From Eledone cirrhosa (taxonomy: Eukaryota): a stretch of 64,000 bases of DNA. The notes under the pieces are model-generated. The model was not told where the DNA came from, ran no database searches, and saw only the letters and a list, made by a program, of their open reading frames with translations. Both the position numbers and the translations under genes were made by a program. Below are positions 53,890-64,000 of the stretch, in pieces. Every line of letters begins with the position of its first letter. Within the stretch, counting starts at the first letter, position 1. Where the stretch lies: positions 183,210,001-183,274,000 of the forward strand of contig OZ024740.1 of the NCBI GenBank assembly GCA_964016885.1, in the 5' to 3' direction.

Positions 53890-54418
53890 ACTAGAGGAGT
53901 GTGCTCTGAGACCATAATAGAATAGGGATAGGATGGAAGAAGTTTAGAGGACTACTCCCACTATGGGCAACAAAAGGGTTCTCACAATGTACAAAAGAAT
54001 GGCTGTATGATGCCTGTGTTTGCAGTCTGAAGTTGCATGGTAGTGAAACATGGGCTGGAGAGAAATAAAGCAGCCATGCTCCATTGGGTGTGCAATGTAA
54101 ATGTGAGGGAAAGGCAGAGCCTGGATGAACTGAGGGAACAACTGGGTTTAAGAGGAATCAAACGTAGTCTGCAAGAGAGAAGTTTGCATTGATATGGACG
54201 AAAAAGTGCCAAGAAATCCCAGTGGTAGGAAGCTGCAGTAGAGGTAAACTAGAGAAGACCTGGGTGGATGTGGTGAGACCTGATCTCAAATTGCTAAGAT
54301 TCACAGTGATGATGAAGGAACTCAATCCGTGGAGAGATGTTGTGCTGAAAAGGACCCATCCAAACCATGTGAGCATGGAATAATGGATGTAAAAATGATG
54401 GTGAGGATGTTGATGATA
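53890..54418 (+). mobile_element. Old RTE 3' fragment
   Basis: ggatggaagaagtttagagg (GWKKFR), LHGSETW, KTWVDVVRPDL, degenerate (GAT)n tail. Confidence 0.8.
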
Positions 54419-55754
54419 TATTTTGTTTAGATTTGAACTTTCTGACCATTGTTTTATGAGAATATAATGTTATATCTAAAGATACATTTGAGTTATTTGA
54501 AATAAGTTTAGCCCAAACCTGAACACATGATGATGATAATTTCTTTTTGATATCTATTCTGTGCTGTACATTGGTTCATTCTTGGGTTGTTCCAGGAACA
54601 TATCATGTTTTTTAATGATATGAGGTTACAGACACTTTTCTCAACCCTTCTCCATTTGTAGAGAAAGGGATGCTGTGAGATGTCTCCCATGACACTTCTT
54701 GAAGCCAACATTCTAAGAAAGGCAGGTACAAATCAATCCCATGCATAATATACATGGCACGTACCAAATGTAACCCCTAACAGTAAACATAGATATGCTC
54801 TCTCTTCATTCTTCCTACTCTGCTGCTACTATTGTCATCTTTACTGATCAGATGTAGGTATATGTTCACATGGTAACTCCACTGAAAGCCAGAGGATTCA
54901 CATGTCTCTCCTAATCCCATCACCCATCTTGTATTCCATACCATGCTCTGAGCAAACTGACTTTAGTCCATCATCTCCACAACATCAGACACCTGGAATT
55001 TCCTCCTTGCTAAATTATTCCTGTGGTTGTGAATTTGTTTTTAACTACTTTGTTAGGAGGAAAAATAGGAGACAAATTGGCAGTCATTAGAACATCATAT
55101 AGAATCGTGCTTTGCTCTCTGAGTTCAAATCTTGCTGAGGTCAACTTTTCCTTTTATCTATTTGAGATTGAGAGAACAAAAAGCACCAGTTTAGTATTGG
55201 GGTTGATTTTTCCTCTATATTTCCATTTCATTTCTATTCTCTATCCTTCTCTGGTAGAAATCTGTTATCAGACCAGGAGAAGAGATGGTCTCAGCCATGT
55301 TTTTTAGAAAAAGCTCTAGAAATACTGTATGTCAATATGTCAACCCTACAATTCCCTCGAGAATTATGGGATCATACATACATAAGGAGAAAGAGAAGTG
55401 TTCATGAATATTTTTAGGATCTCTGAGACTGATGATAAAGAGGGATGAACTATCCTAAAACCAAAGGTTTGTAACACAGTATGCTCCACTGAATGCATCC
55501 AGGGTTCAGATGGTGGTATTAAACTTAGCAATGGATTTAGTCTAACAGTGTCTCTTGCCATGGTATCCTGGTATCTGAGTGTTCTTGTAGATACACTGGA
55601 ATTGACAAGGAAAATCTATAAACATCGATGGGAAACAACAGAGACTGTTGGAGTCAAGTTGTGCTTGCTGTCTTGCCTAAGAGTGATGGATAAGATAAGT
55701 CTAACAGGATTTGAACTCAAAATGCAACCAGTTGTAAACAATGTAGAAAAGGAA

Positions 55755-55905
55755 GGAAGAGCTAGCCGTGGGCAACAAGCCAAGACCTATATTAAGCAAA
55801 TTTGTGATGACTATAATCCCCCTGAATTGCTGAATATGATGAATGATAGAACTGGATGGAAACAGAAAGTCAAGGGAATCCATGCAAGCAGTACGACCTA
55901 TTGAT
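55755..55905 (+). mobile_element. RTE-like C-terminal remnant
   Basis: GRASRGQQAKTYIKQICDD...MMNDRTGWKQKV. Confidence 0.55.
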
Positions 55906-56516
55906 ATTGATTTATAACCAATAGCACAGAGCATCTGATCTGATGCCCTAATGACTTCTCCCAACTCACCAGCTAGATCTGCTAATTTAATGACTCCAGA
56001 ATGAAAGGCAAATTTGAGCTTGGTGGGATTTGAAATCAGAATATAAAGAACCAGAATACATACTACAAGGCCTTGAAAATGGAATATATCATTTAGTGTT
56101 AGGTATACTGATGGTCACAGCTGGAATACTACCGCTCATAAGTCTGCTCAATCAGAACTGACGTTTAGCTAAATAACAATAATAACAACAACAGCAGCAA
56201 ATTGTCTAATGGTCTGGAAACCTTAAAATTAGTTTAGCAATCAATATATCATGTCAGAAATATTGATATGTATTGATGATACATAGTAATAATAACAATA
56301 ATAATGATAAAAATAATAATAATCCAATGGGTTATTGGACATGAGTGAAAGCCATGAAAATGAAAACAGCTACGTATAACTTCAAAAACTGACATGCCTT
56401 AACTTCCTTCCCCGCCTCATATCCTGGTCCTTAATAAAACAAGCTCCGCACAGTATGCTCCATCAGAGATATAATGTCAATGAAAGCAGAACAAAGATTA
56501 TTTTATCACTATTGGA

Positions 56517-56557
<41 letters not shown>

Positions 56558-56661
56558 TAATGATGATGATAATAATAGATGCGTATACATACATACACAC
56601 ATACATACATATATATATATATATACATATATATGTCTATATATATATATACATATATATG

Positions 56662-56715
<54 letters not shown>

Positions 56716-58226
56716 CACACACACATTTGCACACAAATATACAAATCATAGAAATGCATATTTTCCATTCGACTTGAATAAATATGAAATCTCATAGAAA
56801 GAATGCAGAAAAACAAAGAAACAATCTGTTTAAGTTGTTTGAAAGGTCTTGTGAGGGAATCTTCAGTGCACAAAACTCATTCTTCTGCAAGGAATGAACT
56901 TTTTATTTTATTTCCCCTCATTGCAATATGTCTGCTCTTAAAAAGAAGGTATCTTGTTTTCTTCTCTTTCTATTTCTTCTTTTGAATTCGTTAAGATATG
57001 AAAACCAAATGATGATGATGATGATGATGATAATGATGATAACAACAACAACAATAAATGTAACATAAATAATAAATAGATAAATATAAACAAATCAAGG
57101 AATAACTGGGGATTTTATTCATTCTTTTTTTCTTTCTTTCAGATCTAAACAAAGCATTAACAAACTATAATTGCAAGAACCCCTTTTATTTAGTTCAGTG
57201 AACAGAAATTTATAGATTGAAAAATACACACATTCCCATGCATATATAGATATATACATACATACACATACATATATATACATATATGTACATATAGATA
57301 TATACATACATATATAATAAATAAATAAATAAAAATGGTTTCCAGATATCGCTTGCTTGCTAATACATCAAATATATATTGTTTTATGCAAATATATTTC
57401 TCAAATAAGAATATTTACAGTGGCTTCATCCAAGTATGCCTTATGAAAGAAGACAAACAACAACAAAACACCAAATAAATAAATAAATAAATAAATAAAT
57501 AGATCAGCAAAAGACAGAGAAGAAAAAAAATAACTAAAAAAAAATATTAGAAAGGAAGAAAGAAAGAAACTGTAAACATAAAAATATTGTGTAAATAATA
57601 AGTGAAAGATGGCCAAGCATGAACTGTTGTTGTTTGCTTGTTATATGAGAGACAAAGTTTAATTTGAAAGTATTTGCAATAATATTCCACTGAATATAAT
57701 TTTCGTTCTAGCTAACCAACGAGCTGTCAAAAACTTTTCCGATGTAGCAAAGCAGAAATTATGATTTCTCTCTTTGTTCGTTTTTCATTTCAGTATTAGA
57801 TATTTAGTAATGTGTTAAACCAGCTATCATCATACTCATCTGTTTACAATTTAATAGGATTAAAAACCTGCTTCCTTATAACAAGAAAGATACAACAATT
57901 CTAGCAGCTTCTTTATGATTTATGTATGTATATAGGGTTTTCTTTATCATTAGTTACAATGTTCTAATTTTCTTACATTTTTTGTTTGATTTGTTTTTGT
58001 TTTGTTTGTTTTTGGCTTACATTTTCTTTCCAAAGAAACGATAAGAAATCTATTTTGTGGTATATGTGTACGTATGTGTATATAGAGGTTTGTTTAAATG
58101 CATGTCCATTTATCGTCCCTCTCCTTCATTCTTATATAACAATCATTGTTCCTCACTTCAGATAATATTTGTTTTACTTCTTTCCTCATTCTCTTTTATT
58201 TATCATTTGCTCTCTCTATCTCTCTA

Positions 58227-58308
<82 letters not shown>

Positions 58309-58501
58309 CTATCTCATTCTCTATTGATATCTATTTGTCCTTTTTATCTCTGCCACTTTTGCATACTTACAATTTTACAAACACACCTTCTCCCTGAAAC
58401 CTAAAGACTGCTGGTTTGCTGTCAAGAACACTTTCTCCTATTGCTAAGTACTTCTATTTCCCTGGCTGGCATAGTCCTTATTATGTCTCTTTCTCTATCA
58501 C

Positions 58502-58574
<73 letters not shown>

Positions 58575-58708
58575 ATCCCTCTCTAGAACATCTTAACCTG
58601 TACATTCATCAAAAGTTATTTCATAAACAAAGACAGACAATATGTTTATGTATAAAAATGCATGTTATTACAGAGGTGTTGCACACATAATATCAAGCAT
58701 TCTTGCTT

Positions 58709-58756
<48 letters not shown>

Positions 58757-58767
58757 GCGCGCACACA

Positions 58768-58802
<35 letters not shown>

Positions 58803-58899
58803 GTACCCCCCCACACACACACACACATACATTGAACAGTACATATTTCAATTATTTATTTTCGTTTTTTATTTGTTCTGGAAAATGTGGTAGTTTCCA

Positions 58900-59580
58900 T
58901 GACACTTACGATCCCTCTGAGATGAGCATCATATTATTTATGTTCAATTTAAATTGTTGCAGGTCGATGACTCTTGCATAAAGCCATGTGCAGGGAAAGT
59001 ATTCTAGAGGATCAATGTTCTGGGGAAGAAAGGTAGGGAATTATGTTTTATGTAGGGCCTGGAGGTTAGACAAAATGTAGGTGATGAGAAGATGAAACAC
59101 AAGTGAGACAAGAATGTTTAAGTAAAGATTGCAGAGGCAGAAGTCATTGTTGCAGCAGAGAGAAAAGTCAGAGAGAGGAGACAAAACACCTGTGGGCCAG
59201 AGGTAGGAGCATATCTCTGTGCCAATCAGACTATTGGCCTTTTTCTTGATGAATCTAGGATATATATGTGTTGTAGCAGCAGTGTCCCAATTGTAGGAGC
59301 AATTCTCCAAACTCCATTTCGGGTCTTACCTGAGCTTTGTAAAAAATCAGAAATTATTAAGGGCTGAAGTGATCTTTTAAATATAGTTCTAGTTAAGTTT
59401 AGGATGTGCTTTTGCCATGAGAAAGCCTTGGTGAAAAGGAATGTTAGAAATTATTATTGTCATTGTAATAGGATTAAAGTTTAGGCATCAACATTTCATT
59501 GTGATACATTGCTGTCAATGATAGCTATTAATTACCATTGGGCTGTTTAAATCATACAAGGAGCCAGTGAGAGTCTAAAT
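58900..59580 (-). mobile_element. Old CR1/L2-like LINE 3' fragment
   Basis: Minus-strand VRPEMEFGELL / LENCSYNWD...KKKANSLIG resembles the post-RT LEYCSxxW...QxKAxRLI motif. Confidence 0.5.
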
Positions 59581-61000
59581 GTAGGTGTGTACAGTATCAT
59601 CACTTTGATTAAAGATAAGATTATACTGATGATTAGTTGTTAATTATATTATTTTATTAATCACTTGCAGTTTATTTTTCACTCTTTTGAATTATATATG
59701 TCTCAACAAAAAAATGTTAATCAGCAATTACTAACACTATTAATAAAACCATAAAAAACTGAACATTGCTTAATTTAAGGACAAACTACTTTAATTTGAA
59801 GAGCTGATATTATAGTCTATTGTAGTAAGACACACAATTAACAACAATTTGATTATATCATCCTTTTATCTCTTATACTCATTAAACTGAAATATTTATC
59901 CTCATAGATGCAATATATAAATTATGGATAGAGGGGAAAACACCTCAAGAGGGTGTTTCTATATATGAAATTTATAGCTTATACTAATGCAGGGTTAGCT
60001 GGATATTTACAAGACAGTATATCATAGGAGATTTATTCAATGTTTTATTGATGGGAGCTCAAGTTCTGTTATAAAATGCAATATAAACGAAGTCTTGCCC
60101 CCAAAAATAAAAATACACTGATCAGTTCAGGAATCAAACCCACAATCTTATTATCATGAGTTTGACAACTAAGCCATGCATATATAATAAAATCATCATT
60201 TAACGTCTGCTTTCTCTGCTAGCAAGAATTGGGTAGGACATCACAGATCAACTGAGAATCTAATTGGAACTAATGATTCCTCGGATGAGCCATGGAAGAA
60301 GCAGGTCTCTGCATTTTTCAGATGAACTGTAGAAAGAGATCTTGCTTACTTATGTTTCCTGCATTCTACAGTGTATATTGTGTGCATTTGATCATGGATT
60401 GCACTATCATTACAGAAATGTTAATGAGATAGATTGTATGTGGTCTCCAAGGTCATCAGCAATGTGGTACCTCAGATATTGGAAGCACAGTCAAGAAGCT
60501 AAACATATGGATCAAGAGACACAAAGCTGTGAATGCTTCCTCTATAAAAAGAAAACAGCTAGAGAAATGCCACAACCAAGATACTGAAGTCTCCATAGAA
60601 ACCACTGAGAGAAACTTAGAACATTTGCAGATAAAAGATATACTCTTCTTATAAACAGGCATAAGACAAACATTAATAATAGATCTGAGCTACATAGAGC
60701 AGACTAGCTGCTATGACGGGCAGTCTCACAAAAAAAGAAAGATTGTCGGGATAAGATTTTTCTTCATTCCTCATTTGAAAAGAAGGTCATAACCTTTTAA
60801 TATCAGGAAATATATAGGGTAAAATATTTGTTTGTTTTCTGATTCTGATTTTACCCAAGTCTAGTTATATCTTCATATTTCTATTCACATTGTATTGTCT
60901 TCCCCAATAGTCACGTTATTACACATCTCACAATGCTTCATTTGAGGATCATCATCATCATCATTTTACGTCCGCTCTTCCCTGCTTGCAAGGGTGAGTT

Positions 61001-61003
<3 letters not shown>

Positions 61004-61079
<76 letters not shown>

Positions 61080-61088
61080 GTATATATA

Positions 61089-61119
<31 letters not shown>

Positions 61120-61466
61120 TAATATACATATATAATGTATACATATATATTATATTATATATATACACATATATATATATATACTATATATATATATTAT
61201 ATATACACACACATACACACACAAATATATACATATATTTATATACAAATATATTATATACATATATATATTATATATATATATATATAATATATATATG
61301 TATATAATATATATAATGTCTATATATAATATATATATAGTATATATATATATATATGTGTATATATATAATAGATATGTATACATATATATATATGTGT
61401 GTATGTGTATGTGTATATATATTATATATTTTCTAGAAAATATATATATATATATATATACATTTA

Positions 61467-61549
<83 letters not shown>

Positions 61550-61620
61550 TTATATATGTAAATATATATATATATATATATACATTTATATATGTAAATA
61601 TATATATATATATACATTTC

Positions 61621-61668
<48 letters not shown>

Positions 61669-61672
61669 TCTA

Positions 61673-61720
<48 letters not shown>

Positions 61721-61740
61721 TCTATATATGTATGTGTGTG
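61004..61740. repeat. (TA)n-dominated low-complexity tract
   Basis: Direct inspection. Confidence 0.95.
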
Positions 61741-62292
61741 TGCATGTAATTCCTCTCCAAGCCTTTGTATTAGGTTTGTTACAAAGAAGCTGGAAAATAT
61801 CCATACATAATACACAAATAGGTATCACTTTCTATTCTCACATTGAAATGAAAATAATGATGAGAAACTTTCAGGGAAAACATAAATAGTGAGCATAAAA
61901 CATTGAAAAACATCATGAATACAAAACGTACCAATTAGTACACGTACCACATTTATGATTCATATTTGTGTTTTCATTACTGTATGGCACCTTCAGAGGG
62001 ATTGTTTGTAAGAACTTTTCGGGAGAAAACTAACACTTTGAACAGTGACCGTTTTTATGTTTTGTATTTACAGTTTTATGAGAAATGAATACGAATTCTG
62101 ACTGAGCAACGGCAAATGATCTCTTAGTTGGAACTAAAAGATATTCAATGTGTCAGAATCTCTTGCACAATAAAGCCAACTTATTATTTATCACTTGCTT
62201 CAAATGATGGCATTCAACATGTTTCTTGCCAAAAAACAAGCCTATAATTCCCAACTATGTATGTATATAAATATATGTATATATGTGTGTGT

Positions 62293-62348
<56 letters not shown>

Positions 62349-62386
62349 ATATTTAATGTATGTATATATATATATATATAATGTAA

Positions 62387-62427
<41 letters not shown>

Positions 62428-62490
62428 GTATATATATATATAATGTATATATATATATAATATATGTATATATATATATTATATATATAT

Positions 62491-62717
62491 CATTCCACTG
62501 TAAAGTGGTAGTGGAGGTGCCACGGCAAAAAAACACCCAGCCCACATTGTAAAGTGGACGTGTAGGCGCCACGGAAAAAAAGCACCCAGCACTCACTGTA
62601 AATGAGGTTGGTGTTAGGAAGGACATCCAGCTGTAGAAATCAAGCCAGAATCAGTTCCTGTCCCACCCTTGCAAGCAGGGAAAAGCAGACTTAAAATGAT
62701 GATGATGATGATGATGA
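62491..62717 (+). mobile_element. RTE-related 3' UTR fragment, second subfamily, between (TA)n tracts
   Basis: Repeated pseudoknot-like units, GGTTGGTGTTAGGAAGGACATCCAGCTGTAGAAA, (GAT)n tail. Confidence 0.85.
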
Positions 62718-62994
62718 TATATATATATGTATATATATAAATATTAGAAAATGAGATTTTTTTTCCAAAATGAAAAAAACGAGATGTCCTACACGAGTGA
62801 AAGTATAAGGAAAACAGATGAAATCAAAAATGCAACTGGAGTCTTTTTAAGAATATTAATTTGGTTCCTTTACCTGTTTCACAGTTCTTATGCATTTCAA
62901 AAGTAGAATTGAGATGGAGGGTTTGTGGTTTTTCTCGCATCGAGACAAACCACAAACCCTCAGTTGCATTTTCGATTTCATCTGTTTTCCTAAT

Positions 62995-63525
62995 ATCATC
63001 ATCATCATCATCAACGTTTAACGTCCGTGTTCCACGCTTGCATGGGTTTGGACGGGGGTAGTCCCACTTGAGGCAAGAGTGATTGTCTTGCTCGCATAGG
63101 ACTGTCTGGCAGGTTTTCTACAGTTGGATGCCCTTCCTAACACCAACCACATTTACAGTGTGGGTCTGGGAGGTTTTTACCGTGTTGCCTACACGGCCAC
63201 ATTACAGCGTGGACTGTGTGTTTTTTTGTCGTGACACCTACACGATCTCATTTGTTTCGGCCTGGATGGCGCGGCACCAACATAACTTTACATGGAACGG
63301 GGTGGTGTGGATGGGGTGGGGGTGGTGGCGGGACGGGGTGTAGTTTGTTAGAGATGCCTACTGGCAAGGCGGGTCTTCTCTGTTACTGAGTACCGCCAAA
63401 GGTCACGGTCCAGTGACATTGTCTTGGAGAGGTGTAAGTGTATGAGGTCGGAGTTTATCAGCTCATCCCATGTTTTTCTAGGTCTGCCTATTCCGTGGCT
63501 ACCGTCTATCTTTATTGCCCTGCAC
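62995..63525 (-). mobile_element. RTE 3' fragment (first family)
   Basis: Near-identical to 10677-11230. Confidence 0.93.
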
Positions 63526-63529
63526 TAAA

Positions 63530-63581
<52 letters not shown>

Positions 63582-64000
63582 TCACTCATATATATAAAAA
63601 GAGTAAAACATAAATAATAACACTACAATTGTTAATAGAAATGTGTAGTACATGTACACTTGTATTTATTTAGCTTTAGAAAATGCTTATAACATATACA
63701 TGCATACATATGCCTTTTGGGAATCTTATTGGTATATGTAACTTATGGATATTTATTTCCCCTCTGCTATTTATACACCTTAGATTTATGTTTTCACTAA
63801 CTTCATTGGGGTATTGGTATTTTTCAAAGGCAACCTAAAAAGATACCATCGTTAATGTTTCTTCTTGTATGATTTAAACCCTAACATACAGGTGTTTTTT
63901 TTTTATATACAAACAAAGTAGGTAACTCCAATAATATCAGTTAAGCCAAGACTCATGATTTTACCTTTTACCAGATTCACTTCTTACTGCATTGTCCACT

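Overview
Eukaryotic, AT-rich, repeat-saturated DNA in which I cannot support any intact host gene. The very abundant (TA)n/(CA)n/(ATT)n microsatellites, the tRNA-headed CORE-like SINEs and the RTE LINEs with (GAT)n tails suggest a coleoid cephalopod, probably Octopus. That assignment is an inference. The window is a nest of decayed retroelements: at least 10 RTE copies or fragments, one near full length; a near full-length Tx1/L1-clade element plus two truncated copies; two R4/Dong-type restriction-like-endonuclease (RLE) elements; four CRE-like RLE fragments; a CR1-like fragment; many SINEs; Helitron-derived elements; and two hAT-type MITEs. The most interesting signals are not ORFs. (i) Three Penelope-type minimal hammerhead ribozyme motifs each lie about 135-150 nt upstream of a (TA)n tract. 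(ii) The RTE 3' UTRs contain a chain of consecutive H-type pseudoknots with apparent covariation, and the same pseudoknot motif caps the 5' end of the Dong-like element. (iii) One SINE copy carries a dense, strand-specific T>C (antisense A>G) signature resembling ADAR hyper-editing fixed by reverse transcription. (iv) A PHD-like C4HC3 finger is inserted inside the RTE reverse transcriptase. (v) Retroelement classes partition between (TA)n and (ATT)n sites. All alignments and folds were done by eye.
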